Shown here piece by piece: positions 11,223-22,247 of a stretch of DNA of 64,000 nt. Numbering within the stretch: position 1 is the stretch's first letter; each line of letters starts with the position of its first letter. The stretch is from NCBI GenBank assembly GCA_963850945.1, contig CAWKNE010000008.1, positions 160,812 to 224,811 of the forward strand. The letters are read 5' to 3'. Under the pieces are notes generated by a model that saw nothing but the letters and a program-made list of their open reading frames with translations, did not search any database and was not told where the DNA came from. The position numbers and the translations under genes were made by a program. This DNA comes from an uncultured Chloroflexia bacterium (GTDB taxonomy: Bacteria; Chloroflexota; Anaerolineae; Anaerolineales; Villigracilaceae).

Positions 11223-11355
11223 AGCGATCCTTTGGTTATTTCGGATATCTTCAACTTGTGAGATTGTAGCGCAAGATAATATATTACGCTACATTTCTTC
11301 TCATGATTTTGATAGAGCTGAAGACTTCAAACTTGACAGCAATAGTTAATGAGCG

Positions 11356-11364
11356 TGCTATAAT
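11356..11364 (+). promoter_or_regulatory. Extended -10 promoter element (TGCTATAAT) upstream of the R-M pair
   Basis: TGnTATAAT lies 43 nt upstream of the ATG at 11407. A TTGACA lies 20 nt further upstream, which is too far for a canonical -35. Confidence 0.4.
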
Positions 11365-11406
11365 CCTAAAATAACTTTCACCTGTCATATTAAAACGAGA
11401 AAAATT

Positions 11407-12402
11407 ATGGCGACTCGGAACCCAAGAATAATTGTCCAAAGCTATCCTCGTATCGAAGATGCAAACACCAAAGATTATGGTCTACTTGATGATCATGAAT
11501 TGGCGGAGCACAAGACAAGAGTTCCCTTCGGAGACCTTCCAAGGTTGATTCTAACGGCTATTGAAAATGCAAATAAGAAATCTGGAAGAGCTATGCTTGA
11601 TATCGCCTCAAGCGCCGATGAGGTTGAGATTACAAAATCCTATGAGAGAATTGGCAAGGAATTATTCGAGTACTTCCGACAATATTCCAGTGATCCGGCC
11701 TCTTTCGCATTTCAATTGAGAGGTCAAAACTGTCGGGAGGTTGGCATTCAACAGTTTAGAAATAAGGCTCTTCAAAAGGAAAGAATGAATTCGGGCTGGC
11801 GTTATCAGTATCTCGCTATAGATTGTGCCCAAAAGACTGGAAGGTTTGTAAGCATTTCCGAACTGGGTTTACGAGAGGCTGATTTCAATGCTGTTATAGA
11901 GATTCAGAAATCTCACAAACCATTGAGCATTTATGTCTCTGTCAAGAATCGGAGCAATACCATCGGTGGCCCTGACTGGCCAAATGCTATTCAAGCTTTA
12001 GAAGCCTTGGCAATATCTGATAAGAATAGGCGCGGACCTTATATCTGTATATTTGCGTTTGTTATGGAAAGCGGCGGCAGAAGTGTAAAGCGTACAAAGG
12101 ACAAATCGTTGCGTTCTCCCAACACTGAGCTTTGGGCGTCTGATTATTTTTGGCCCTTCTTTGCAAATTACTCATATGAAGAAATTATGCAGGCAGTCTT
12201 GCAAGTCCTAATAACGAACCCCGATGCAGAAAAAGTATCTCTCGACATTCCAAGGGAAATCCTTGACCTTTTTGAAACACAATGTAGAGTTGCCAGACTC
12301 GTAGATGATACGGGAAATTTTAATGATCCTGCTAAATTAGTTTCATTCTTTTGTAACACTAATCGTATTTCCCGAAGGCCAAAAAATGCCAAGAAAAGTT
12401 AG
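11407..12402 (+). CDS. Putative type II restriction endonuclease (family not recognised)
   Basis: 331-aa ORF in an AT-rich island. It overlaps the downstream DNA methyltransferase by 17 nt. A candidate PD-(D/E)XK core is EADFNAVIE ... IYVSVKNR. Confidence 0.5.
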   Translation: MATRNPRIIVQSYPRIEDANTKDYGLLDDHELAEHKTRVPFGDLPRLILTAIENANKKSGRAMLDIASSADEVEITKSYERIGKELFEYFRQYSSDPASFAFQLRGQNCREVGIQQFRNKALQKERMNSGWRYQYLAIDCAQKTGRFVSISELGLREADFNAVIEIQKSHKPLSIYVSVKNRSNTIGGPDWPNAIQALEALAISDKNRRGPYICIFAFVMESGGRSVKRTKDKSLRSPNTELWASDYFWPFFANYSYEEIMQAVLQVLITNPDAEKVSLDIPREILDLFETQCRVARLVDDTGNFNDPAKLVSFFCNTNRISRRPKNAKKS

Positions 12403-13303
12403 AGAGAGTAGATCGTTCATACTTAAGCAACAAACGATCAATAATGGCTTTGCGACATCAACTGTAATCTGTGATGATAGTCGTGAAGTATTAAAAGAAT
12501 TCGTTGGGCAGGTAGACCTTATTATTACTTCCCCACCCTATGCCGATTCGCGTCATAAACATTATGATAGCATTTATCCTGACAAATTTACAGAATGGTT
12601 TATGACATTTCACGAACCGTTCTATAATGCCCTAAAGCCCGATGGTAGTTTAGTCATTAATATAAAAGATAAGGTTGTTGATGGCGTTAGACATCGTTAT
12701 GTTTGGCAGACTATCCAACTCTTATCTGATCATGGATGGTATGCTATAGACGATTATCTATGGCATAAACCAAATCCCATGCCTGGTCATTGGCCAACAC
12801 GCCTTAGAGACGGATGGGAATATTGCTTCCACCTATCAAAATCTAAACGTCCATACTTTAATTCGGATGCTGTTAGAAAACCCATTGGCGATTGGGCAGA
12901 GACAAGGTTGGCCAAACTAGGAAAAAACGATTTAAGTAGGCACAACTCAGCTAATGACAGTGGTTTTGGCAGGGACATATCAAAATGGACGAATAAAAAG
13001 ACAGTTCTTCCCTCAAATGTTTTGACTATTGCATTGGTGGGAAAAAACAAAGGTCATCCCGCTGTATTTCCGGTTGAATTGCCCTCCTTCTTCATTAAGC
13101 TTTTATGTCCACCAAACGGTTTAGTTGTTGACCCGTTTGGTGGAAGTGGAACAACAGGCGTTGCTGCATTATTGCTTGGAAGGGAAAGCATAATAATTGA
13201 TAACAACGCAAAATATTTTGAAGAGGCCGTTGAACGTTTAAAGCGTGAAGGCTCTTTGAACGGGAAAAAGAGTTTTTTGCAAAAAAGATTGCCCTTGGAT
13301 TAA
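12386..13303 (+). CDS. DNA methyltransferase, beta-class amino-MTase (SPPY motif; probably N4-cytosine, possibly N6-adenine)
   Basis: Motif IV DLIITSPPYADSR precedes motif I VVDPFGGSGTTG, which is the beta-class order. Confidence 0.85.
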   Translation: MPRKVRESRSFILKQQTINNGFATSTVICDDSREVLKEFVGQVDLIITSPPYADSRHKHYDSIYPDKFTEWFMTFHEPFYNALKPDGSLVINIKDKVVDGVRHRYVWQTIQLLSDHGWYAIDDYLWHKPNPMPGHWPTRLRDGWEYCFHLSKSKRPYFNSDAVRKPIGDWAETRLAKLGKNDLSRHNSANDSGFGRDISKWTNKKTVLPSNVLTIALVGKNKGHPAVFPVELPSFFIKLLCPPNGLVVDPFGGSGTTGVAALLLGRESIIIDNNAKYFEEAVERLKREGSLNGKKSFLQKRLPLD

Positions 13304-13328
13304 AAACTGATTTTCAATTAAACAATAT

Positions 13329-13952
13329 TTATTTCCTTCCAAAATCTGCGGGGTTCTCGCCCCAGGCTTGCGTATCCCATTTCAAAACAGAATCATCATC
13401 CAATTCATTTTCAGCCAGCCAATTTTCCGCGCTGTGGATCAACATAAAAAGCGGTCTGTTCGAGTTCATGCGCTTCAATTTTGTTTTGCATTCGCCGGTC
13501 ATCACCCACGCAATGGCATTCTCCGAATCCGAATAAATCGGGATTCCTTTTTCCTGTTTATCCAGCCACGTCAGCGCGTGGACGATGGCAAGAAATTCAC
13601 CGATGTTATTCGTTCCATCCGCAAACGGACCGGCATGAAAAATTTGCTTTTTGGATTCCAAATCCACACCGCGATATTCAACCTTGCCCGGTGAGCCGTT
13701 GCAAGCCGCGTCCACGCACAGACTGGGAATGATCGGCGGATTCGGAGCGAAAAGCCAGCGTTAAGTTGAAGCCGGTTTGCCTTTGTACTGGCTATATGCC
13801 GCGGCAAACGCGTGTTCTGCTTCGAGACGCGACTCAAACGCTTTATATTGCGCGTCCACGAATCCCTTCACCTGCGCTTCGCACTCCGACCACGAAGTGA
13901 AGATGCCGCGCTTGCGTCCCTTCCAAACCACGTAAAACTTTTGCTTGGTCAT
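13329..13952 (-). CDS. RNase H1-like protein (N-terminal hybrid-binding domain + RNase H domain) interrupted by an in-frame TAA at 13761-13763
   Basis: ORF 13761..13952 (KFYVVWKGRKRGIFTSWSECEAQVKGF...YKAF) and ORF 13329..13715 (CVDAACNG...NNIGEFLAIVHAL...IYSDSENAI) are in the same frame. Coordinates differ by multiples of 3. Confidence 0.7.
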
Positions 13953-13962
13953 AAGTCAGTTA

Positions 13963-14065
13963 TCATTGCGAGTGGCAATCTCGTTTTTAAAACAGGAGAT
14001 TGCTTCGCCGCCGCTGGGCGCAACGCATTGCGCCCCTACAAAAACACAGCGGTTCCTCGCAACGA
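13963..14065. repeat. Nested inverted-repeat element in the intergenic region
   Basis: Outer arms TCATTGCGAG / CTCGCAACGA. Inner hairpins GCAATCTC...GAGATTGC and GGGCGCAA-CGCA-TTGCGCCC. Confidence 0.55.
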
Positions 14066-14889
14066 CATTCAAAGGTTTTATTTAACATTCACCATCACCG
14101 AACCCAGTGACAGAATCGAACCATCAGCGGGACTCTGTATCTTCGATTTGAATTCGCAACGCGCCGCTGAAACTTTTTCCGCTTAGATCGAGCGGAAGCG
14201 AAAACGTTCCGGGACCTCCTGGTTGATCTGCCTTAACTAAAAACGATCCAGTCGCGATCTGATTATTGTTCGCATCAAACGCCGAATAAACAAGATTATT
14301 CTCGAACGGCGCAATTGTGACATGGCCTGTGATGCTCAGCGGTAACGAGACGGTTGACCCATTCGTCGGCGAATCAATCGTGATGAGGCGTTCGCCGCCA
14401 TCGGGAGTTTTTGTGATGAAACTTGTGAACACCAATTTCCCCGCGACGAGTTGATACGTGCGTTGAGTGGATTGAGCCGCGCAGCAGCCCGGATCATTCG
14501 GACCATGAACCGTCGCATCCAGAAAGATCTGTCCATTTTGAATACTGAGGCTGTTGATCTGTGGACGGTCATCAATCATCTCCGAAGCAGCTTGCACAGG
14601 TTGACCATTTTGATTCAGCATCGCGATCAAAGAGACAAAGACTCCACTGCCGCCATAATTTTCCGCCAGCAAAACTGCCGCGTCGCCCGCGCCGTCGCCG
14701 TTCAAGTCGCCAAAAGCCATTTGCGATGCGAGATTGATGGACATGAAGTTCGGTGAAGAAACATCGGTAGTGCTTTGATATGCGCCATTCGTCAACTGCA
14801 CGATCGGATGCGCGTCTTGAAATACCAATTGAACTTTGGCATTCTTCACTTGATCCGGAGTCAACGCTGAGATGGCAATCGGGTAGTGG

Positions 14890-15623
14890 TTACAAAGTAA
14901 GTGATGCAAGTTGTTTTCTGGCGAGATTGTGATCAATGATAAACCATGTAGTGACCATGTGATGAAAGGCGTCGCGCTTCGAAAACGAAAGGGTTTTACG
15001 GACATAGCGCGCCTGATGTTGGCGCAAAGTACAATACCAACGCTCCATGTGTGAAACCTGTCCGCTCTCTTTCCCAACCGCTTGATGCGTGCTCTGCGGA
15101 AGAACTTTTTGGTAGGCTTCCCAGAAATCACTGTAGGAAATACAACTGCGGTAGGCCAGTGGAACTTCGTTCCACAAACGGCGACAGGTTGTTTCACTGC
15201 GGTCGCCAATGACAAAGGCGATGATTTGTCGGGTGCGACGACACATGACCGTCCACAGCCAACGTTTATTGCTCTTTTTGAGAACAAAACTCCAGGCTTC
15301 ATCATATTCCAAGACATCGTCCGGTTCGGCTGGCAACAAAGTGTCTTTGAGTTCCGGCAGATCTTTTACATGTTCGACAATCCATCTGGAAACGCTTTGG
15401 CGAGCAACATCAAAAATCCGCTCCAAACCTCGCAAACTTACACGCTCTTGGTAGAGGCTGAGGATGATCGGTTTTTGCGTTTTTTTGCCTCTCGCTTTGA
15501 CTCCAGAACACGCCGCGCTCCGCACTCTTTACAGTGATATTGCTGTTGCTTGAGACGGTTGGTGCCGTTTTTGACAATATTGGTGCTTCCGCACACTCGA
15601 CAGTGGTAGGCTTTTTGGATCAT
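14890..15623 (-). CDS. insAB: IS1-family transposase InsAB' (InsA zinc-finger ORF 15438..15623 + InsB frame 14890..15525, joined by -1 frameshift)
   Basis: InsA carries CRVCGSTNIVKNG...YHCKECG. The InsB frame is offset by -1, as expected for IS1. Confidence 0.9.
15479..15487 (-). promoter_or_regulatory. Programmed -1 ribosomal frameshift slippery run (A7C on the coding strand)
   Basis: The minus strand reads GGCAAAAAAACGC inside the InsA/InsB overlap. The same run is present in copy 2. Confidence 0.75.
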
Positions 15624-15787
15624 ACTGCCTATCTTATCATCACTTACTTTTCATCCACTACCGGCAATCGTAGGCGGAACCGTGGGAACAATTTGTGTGA
15701 CTGGAATCCGCACCACTTCCGGCGGCGAAAACAATCCGCACGCCAGCGCGGTTAATCCGAGAATCAAAAACGCGAGCCAATATTTTT

Positions 15788-16927
15788 TCATTTAACTGTG
15801 ACCGTCCAAGTCGCGCCGCCATCCATCGTCTTATAAAGTGTGCGAGCGCCGGCAGCGTTGTTGGTCAGCACGAAACCGGTTGTAGTAGTTAAAAAGTCCA
15901 TGCCAGCAAAATTATCGCCAAACGAAATGCCGGGCGAGACCGTCGTCCAGGTTTTTGCGCCATCGTGTGTGACATAAAATTCGGTGCCGTTCCAAACAAA
16001 GCCGTCCGTGGCGGAAACAAAATTCATCGTGCCTCCATTTGGAATCATCGTCGGTGTGAGCGCCCAATTCGCTCCGCCGTCATGGGAATAATAAACAGCC
16101 ATCAGCACACCATATTGATTTGTGACATGAACCGGCATATACGCGTCCAACGTGGTGACGAATTGTGGACCGATGGTTTCAAATTGAGCTTGTTCGTATC
16201 CCGCAGGAATCGAAACCGGCTGTTCCGTCCAAGTCTGACCGCCATCCTGAGTTTGATACAAATAAACCTCGCCGGGCTTGTAAGTGATTCCACCGACCCA
16301 GGCATTCTTCATATCTATTGGAGTAATGCCATCTTTGAGCCCGCCCAAAGGCAAAGTAGAGGCGGCGCCGGGCTGCGTTGGATCATTAAGATATGTTTGT
16401 TTCCACGTCTGACCGCCATCGGTCGTTTGAAAGATCGCGACTGCGTTTGAACCCATAGCCACACTGAGGCTCGCCATCATCCAGCCATTCGATGCATTTA
16501 CAAAGACCAAGTTGCCCATCAAGAAATTCACCGCGCTCGATTGCCACGTCGCGCCGCCGTCTTGAGTCCGATACAGAGTCCCACTGGGTGGATCTGATTG
16601 ACCATTGCCCGATACCACCCATCCATGATTCGAATCGAGAAAATAAAAAGTGGTGCCAAAGCCAAGTTTTGTAACACCCGATGGAGTAACATCATGCCAG
16701 GTTGCACCGCCATCATTTGTCCGAACCACGCCGGTATCAGTGATAGCCCAACCATTCATGACATCGAGCATATGAATCATCGTGAACGCGGGCGCGGAGG
16801 AAACCGGCTCGCTGAGCGTGGGCGGCGCGACTGTCACAGGCGCGGGCAGTGTCGGAGTCAATGTAGCGGGCTGGGCACAAGCAGAAAGGATCAAAACCAA
16901 AACTACTAAAGTGACTATTTGTTTCAT
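15788..16927 (-). CDS. Secreted lipoprotein, BNR/Asp-box beta-propeller (Ycf48/sialidase-like repeats)
   Basis: Signal plus lipobox VLILSAC. Seven DGGxTW-type repeats (NDGGATW, QDGGATW, TDGGQTW, QDGGQTW, HDGGANW, HDGAKTW, MDGGATW). An SD AAGGAG lies upstream of the ATG at 16927. Confidence 0.75.
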   Translation of the reverse strand: MKQIVTLVVLVLILSACAQPATLTPTLPAPVTVAPPTLSEPVSSAPAFTMIHMLDVMNGWAITDTGVVRTNDGGATWHDVTPSGVTKLGFGTTFYFLDSNHGWVVSGNGQSDPPSGTLYRTQDGGATWQSSAVNFLMGNLVFVNASNGWMMASLSVAMGSNAVAIFQTTDGGQTWKQTYLNDPTQPGAASTLPLGGLKDGITPIDMKNAWVGGITYKPGEVYLYQTQDGGQTWTEQPVSIPAGYEQAQFETIGPQFVTTLDAYMPVHVTNQYGVLMAVYYSHDGGANWALTPTMIPNGGTMNFVSATDGFVWNGTEFYVTHDGAKTWTTVSPGISFGDNFAGMDFLTTTTGFVLTNNAAGARTLYKTMDGGATWTVTVK

Positions 16928-16965
16928 TCGTCTCTCCTTGATCAAATGTTATCAATTATATGGGT

Positions 16966-18184
16966 TCATACGAGCCACTCAACAATCGTCGCTTCGCCCT
17001 GCCCCACGCCAACGCATAACGTTGCAAGACCGTATTTCACATTGCCGCGGCGTTTCATTTCATACAATAACGTTGTGAGAATGCGCGCGCCTGAACATCC
17101 AAGCGGATGTCCCAATGCAATCGCGCCGCCATTGACGTTAACCATTTCGGGATCCAGTCCGAGTTCTTCAATCACTGCCAGCGATTGAACGGCAAAAGCT
17201 TCATTCAGTTCCACTAAACTAATATCTTGAATTTGCAATTGGGCGCGTTGCAATGCTTTCTTCGTTGCCGGGATGGGTCCATAGCCCATCACACGCGGCG
17301 GCACACCTGCCACTGCTGAGGCAACAATGCGCGCAAGGGGTTTTAGATTTAGCGATTTGGCTTTTTCTACGCTCATCAACAACAACGCGGACGCGCCATC
17401 GTTCAAACCGGATGAATTACCTGCCGTTACCGTTCCGCCCTCGCGAAATGCAGGCCTGAGCTTTGCCAGCGATTCGATGGTTGTATCGCGGCGCGGGCGT
17501 TCGTCCGTTGTGACAAGAACGGGATTGCCTTTCTTTTGTGGAATGGGAACGGGTAATATTTCTTCTGCAAATTTTCCGGAGTCAATTGCGGCTATCGCGC
17601 GCTGATGCGAGCGGAATGCGAACGCGTCTTGCATCTCGCGCGTGAGGTGCGGGCGTTCCATCGCAATGTTCTCGGCGGTCTCGCCCATCGCATCGGTTCC
17701 ATATTTTTCCTTCATCTTTGGATTCGGATAACGCCAGCCGAGTGTGGTATCCCATGCAGTGAGATTACCAAATGAGAAATCCCGCTTCGGCTTTTGGGAC
17801 CGAATACGGGGCGCGGCTCATCGATTCAACTCCGCCCGCTATAAAGACCTCGCCTTCACCAACTTTGATTGCACGGGCGGCTTGATTGACCGCACTCAAT
17901 CCCGAAGCGCATAAACGATTCACGGTCACGGCCGCGACCTCGACCGGCAATCCCGCCAATAACGCGGCCATGCGCGCCACGTTGCGATTATCCTCACCTG
18001 CTTGATTGGCGCATCCGAAATAAACTTCCTCGACGAGATTCGGATCAAGGTTGTTGCGTTGGATGATTTCTTTTATAACGAGAGCCGCCAAATCGTCAGG
18101 ACGAACGGGAGCGAGCGCGCCGCCCAATGACCCAATCGGCGTGCGGATCGCGTCAACAATGACTGCATCTGTAACATTCGACAT
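16966..18184 (-). CDS. Acetyl-CoA C-acyltransferase (thiolase); apparent frame break at A-run 17777-17779
   Basis: The N-terminal piece has the NRLCASGL active-site Cys. The C-terminal piece ends [14 protein letters not shown]. Removing one A joins the pieces as ...[33 protein letters not shown]. Confidence 0.85.
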
Positions 18185-18199
18185 TGAGCATTCTCCAAA

Positions 18200-19838
18200 T
18201 CAGTGTTTTGAAAGGAATTGGTTATACAAAGGCGTGCTGATGTAAGCCATGCCAAAATCATCCTGATACATCAAGGTATACCCCTGAACCTTTTCCGCTA
18301 AGGCATCTTTGTAAAAGTGATAAGCGTCGGGAAAGTTGGGGTCAACCGCGTTTTGCAATTGACCGGGCTGGGTATAATCGCGCAAATGCTGTTTACTAAG
18401 CAACAACAAATCCGCGTTGATTTTGTTGATATAGCCATAACCCGAAACGCCCCATTGATAATAGACCTTGTCATTCGCAGCATTCGGAACATACATGACT
18501 ACATCGCGAAATACAATCAGAGGTCGATCCAACTTGACGTGAGACAAATCATTCTGGTTAAGGGCGGCGTAAAAATTCAAACTGGGATTATCCTTCTCGC
18601 GATTGAGGGTATCGAGATACTGGGGAATGTCAATGTTAAGGCTGTAGACGAATTGCCAGCCAACAATCAAGATACCGGCAAGGAATAAGAGGAGTCGAGC
18701 ACCGTATTTCTTCAAATAATTTCCCAAGGGGCCTATGAAACGAGGCGGGGCAAGCATTATGAAATAAGCTGGGACGGCTGAATAAACCGGCATAAGAATG
18801 GGTAAAGGAAAATGCTTGGGGCGAATTACCAAGGCAACACATATATATAGAGCAAATGGCACAGCCCAAGCTAAAATCAATAAATTTAAAAGCCGTCGTT
18901 CGCCTTTGATCGAGCCGATAATCGCTGCCGCGAAGGCCAACAAGAGAAATGGAAGCGTACTGTATTCTTCCGTGACCACCCGCAACCAATCCAACGCGCT
19001 GTTTTGATATGCCACGACGAAACCACTTGCCATGTGCTGGTGAAGTTTAATTTGGATTTGAAGTGCGAGCTTCCTCTCAGATTCCCAAAATAGAAATGGA
19101 TTAGTCAGCACAAACACAGCAAACATGATCGCCACGAAACTGACTGCGACAATTATTGACCGGCGCGTATCAATGCTTTTCTGCCTCCAACCCAGAAAGA
19201 TGTAAAGGGGAATGGCTAGGAAAAAGAATAATCCAACTTGTTTTGTTGCAACCGCCAGACCACAAAACAATGCCGCGAGATAAAAATTCTTTCCGAATCT
19301 CAGATTGTCTCGGACAAGAAAGAAAAAGGTAAGGACAAGAAAAAGGAATTCCAAACTCTCCGGATGGAACCACATATCATTGAATACAATTTCCGGAATT
19401 AAAAGCAGGAGCAGGAATAAAGCAATGGACTTAACATAAAACTTCAAATTTGGTTTGCAGGTAAACCAAAATCATGATAGCGGCAATCATCGGCAATACG
19501 CTGACAAACTGTCTCAACACCAGCATATTGAGTTGAAGATTGCCCAGCCCGAAAATCAGTTTCAAAGGCAATAAGATAATGACCGCCGAGTAAAAATAAT
19601 ATGGAAAGCCATAAAAGTAAATCTGATAAGCAAAAAAACGATACAGCGATTGGGAAAAACTCGGCGCGGGCGTCAACATTCGAATGACAGCCGGGTACTG
19701 TGCAGGCTCATCCGAATTGAAAACGTAGGTCATATTCAAATCGTGCGCGCCGGTAGCATTGGGAAACCAGAAGGCAAAGAAATACAATGCGCCGATGAAG
19801 AGCAAAATCAAAAATATGAGTTTCTTTTTTCCAATCAT
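18200..19838 (-). CDS. Polytopic membrane glycosyltransferase, GT-C fold (GT39/ArnT-like); apparent frame break near 19440
   Basis: More than 10 TM helices with a DE motif in the first loop (NSDEPAQ). AT-rich. Pieces 19431..19838 and 18200..19447. Confidence 0.5.
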
Positions 19839-20009
19839 TTATTTATCTGCATGAAAATTTCAATTCGATTCTACCACTGCGAAAGGATAGGACTTTTGTA
19901 AACCATGAAGGATGACGCATGGCACTATCCGCCTTTTGCCGATAAAGACATAATCAAATTGGTAAGATATTTGCTAAATACTCTCCAACTTCTCAACTAA
20001 GGAGTCTGA

Positions 20010-20255
20010 ATGCCCGGAGCAAAAGGTTGGATCGAAGTCAACGAGAAATACTGCAAGGGATGTGAAATATGTCTCAGCGTCTGCCCGCCTGAGGTGATGG
20101 AATTGGATATGTCGCGTCTAACGCCGACAGGCTACCACCCCGCGCACACGTTCAAGGATGGGTGCACGGGGTGTGCTATTTGTGCACTGGTCTGCCCTGA
20201 CGCGGCAATTACCGTCTATCGCGAAATTAAAAAGGCTGTGCCTGCAACAGCGTGA
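20010..20255 (+). CDS. 2-oxoacid:ferredoxin oxidoreductase delta subunit (2x[4Fe-4S] ferredoxin)
   Basis: Carries CKGCEICLSVCP and CTGCAICALVCP. First gene of a four-gene cluster. Confidence 0.8.
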   Translation: MPGAKGWIEVNEKYCKGCEICLSVCPPEVMELDMSRLTPTGYHPAHTFKDGCTGCAICALVCPDAAITVYREIKKAVPATA

Positions 20256-20308
20256 TTATTGGTAAGGGCACGAAATGTTGTGCCACTACCAGCATTTTGG
20301 AGAATCTT

Positions 20309-21457
20309 ATGACACGAGAATTATGGGAAGGCAATCAAGCCATTGCAGAAGCCGCCGTTCGTGCGGGACTTGAGGCTTATTTCGGTTACCCGATCACTCC
20401 TCAGACCGAGGTCCTGGAATATCTCTCACGGCGCATGCCTGAACTCGGACGCGCCTTCGTTCAAGCTGAAAGCGAACTCGGCGCGATCAACATGGTTTAT
20501 GGCGCAGCATGCGCGGGTGTACGTGTGATGTCATCATCATCCAGTCCAGGCGTGAGCTTAATGATGGAAGGCTTATCGTATATCGCTGGGACAGAAATCC
20601 CAGCAGTGTTGGTCAATGTGATGCGCGGCGGCCCCGGACTTGGCAACATTGCTCCGGCACAAGGAGATTACAACCAAGCTGTGCATGGCGGCGGACACGG
20701 GGATTATCCGCGTATGGTGCTGGCTCCGGCTTCGGTTCAGGAAGCGATTGACTTGACCATGCTTTCATTTGATCTCGCCGAAAAATATCGCATGATCACG
20801 ATGGTCATTGCCGATGGTTGCATCGGACAAATGATGGAGCCAATTCACTTCCCCGAGATGAAACCCGTTCAGCGGAAAGATTGGGATTGGGCTACGAACG
20901 GACGCATGGGCAAACGCGATCGCCGCATACTAACGTCCATTTATCTTGATCCATATCAGGAAGAGAAAACCAATTTGCGGTTATTGGAACGCTGGAAACA
21001 AATCCAAGCCAATGAAGTGCGTTATAAGGAATATTTCCTTGATGATGCTAAATTCGTTGTGATTGGTTTTGGAACCGCTGGACGCGTATCGCTTTCCGCG
21101 GTGCGTGCCGCGCGTCAGCAGGGAATCAAGGTCGGATTGTTGCGACCGGTTACGGTGAGTCCGTTCCCGCTGGCTGTGATCGATGAACTAGTCAAGCGCG
21201 TGAGCGGTATCCTTGTGGTCGAAATGAATTCAGGTCAAATGTTGGAAGATGTCCGACTTGCTGTTCGAGGCCGTGTGCCGGTTGAGTTCTATGGTCGCAT
21301 GGGCGGCGTTGTTCCGTTTCCCGATGAGGTTCTGAGTGAAATCCACCGCATGATCTCGGATAAAGTTCCAAGCGATCTGAGCCCACGTGATGCATGGTTT
21401 GAACGAATGGTTAACCCTCACTCCGCCCCTCTCCCAATGGGAGAGGGCGAAAAGTGA
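20309..21457 (+). CDS. 2-oxoacid (2-oxoglutarate-type):ferredoxin oxidoreductase alpha subunit
   Basis: Begins [38 protein letters not shown] lies upstream of the ATG at 20309. The last 15 codons and the stop lie inside a palindromic repeat. Confidence 0.85.
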   Translation: MTRELWEGNQAIAEAAVRAGLEAYFGYPITPQTEVLEYLSRRMPELGRAFVQAESELGAINMVYGAACAGVRVMSSSSSPGVSLMMEGLSYIAGTEIPAVLVNVMRGGPGLGNIAPAQGDYNQAVHGGGHGDYPRMVLAPASVQEAIDLTMLSFDLAEKYRMITMVIADGCIGQMMEPIHFPEMKPVQRKDWDWATNGRMGKRDRRILTSIYLDPYQEEKTNLRLLERWKQIQANEVRYKEYFLDDAKFVVIGFGTAGRVSLSAVRAARQQGIKVGLLRPVTVSPFPLAVIDELVKRVSGILVVEMNSGQMLEDVRLAVRGRVPVEFYGRMGGVVPFPDEVLSEIHRMISDKVPSDLSPRDAWFERMVNPHSAPLPMGEGEK

Positions 21458-21461
21458 GGGG
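21415..21461. repeat. GC-rich nested palindromic element (variant A, complete)
   Basis: CCCTCAC-TCCG-CCCCTCTCCC-AATG-GGAGAGGG-CGAAAA-GTGAGGGG. Confidence 0.8.
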
Positions 21462-21473
21462 AAAGAGGTTTAT

Positions 21474-22247
21474 ATGGTAGCTACTACAAATAATTTGGTT
21501 TACGAACGACCCGAAGGTTTTACGGATACGCCCACCCATTATTGCCCGGGTTGCACGCATGGTGTGGCGCACCGCCTCGTTGCAGAAGTATTGGAAGAAA
21601 TGGGCGTGCTTGAAAAGACGATCGGCGTTGCGCCGGTGGGATGCGCGGTCTTCGCATACAACTATTTCGATACCGACTTTGTCGAGGCGCCTCACGGACG
21701 CGCTCCGGCCATGGCGACCGGTATCAAACGCGTTTTACCAGATCGAATCGTTTTCACCTATCAAGGCGACGGCGACCTCGCTTCGATTGGTATGGGTGAG
21801 ATCGTTCATGCCGCGGCGCGCGGAGAAAACATCACAGTGATCTTCATTAACAACGCAAACTACGGAATGACGGGTGGACAAATGGCTCCTACCACTTTGC
21901 CCGGAATGAAAACCACATCATCGCCCAATGGCCGGGATGTGGAAACACAAGGTTATCCCATCCGCACTTCTGAATTGCTGGCAACCTTGGATGGCGCAGG
22001 CTATGTGGTGCGGCGTAGCTTGCATGATCCAAAAAATATTCGTCTCGCCAAGAAAGCCATTCGCCTCGCGTTCGAAACACAGGTGCGCGGACTCGGATTC
22101 TCGATGGTCGAACTGCTTTCAACGTGCCCGACCAATTGGAACATGACAGCGGCTGAATTGCTTAAGTTCGTGGAAGACAAAATGGTGGCGTATTTCCCGC
22201 TGGGCGATTATAAGGTGAGTTCGGGTGTAGCACAGATAAAAGTTTAG
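21474..22247 (+). CDS. 2-oxoacid:ferredoxin oxidoreductase beta subunit (TPP-binding)
   Basis: Contains HYCPGCTHG and GDGD...GMGE TPP-type motifs. The start is chosen after the repeat. Confidence 0.85.
   Translation: MVATTNNLVYERPEGFTDTPTHYCPGCTHGVAHRLVAEVLEEMGVLEKTIGVAPVGCAVFAYNYFDTDFVEAPHGRAPAMATGIKRVLPDRIVFTYQGDGDLASIGMGEIVHAAARGENITVIFINNANYGMTGGQMAPTTLPGMKTTSSPNGRDVETQGYPIRTSELLATLDGAGYVVRRSLHDPKNIRLAKKAIRLAFETQVRGLGFSMVELLSTCPTNWNMTAAELLKFVEDKMVAYFPLGDYKVSSGVAQIKV

Larger units (their letters stand above)
14882..15662 (-). mobile_element. IS1-family insertion sequence, copy 1 (781 bp)
   Basis: Terminal IRs GGTAGTGGTTACAAAGTAAGTGATG / GGTAGTGGATGAAAAGTAAGTGATG match 22/25. The 8-bp target duplication GGCAATCG is at 14874-14881 and 15663-15670. 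Confidence 0.95.
14124..15791 (-). pseudogene. Lipoprotein with C-terminal Gmad2 Ig-like domain, disrupted by IS1-family insertion
   Basis: The 5' part 15663-15791 encodes [19 protein letters not shown]...PTVPPTIA. The 3' part runs 14124-14881. Removing the 781-bp IS and one 8-bp TSD copy restores an 879-nt (292-aa) ORF. The ATG overlaps the upstream gene's TGA (ATGA). Confidence 0.85.

Noticed and set aside
14124-15317. The 397-aa ORF in the ORF track, and its 150-aa counterpart 26570..27022.
   Set aside because: The N-terminal part is an out-of-frame reading of the IS1 interior and is identical in both copies. Only the part downstream of 14881 is a real gene fragment.
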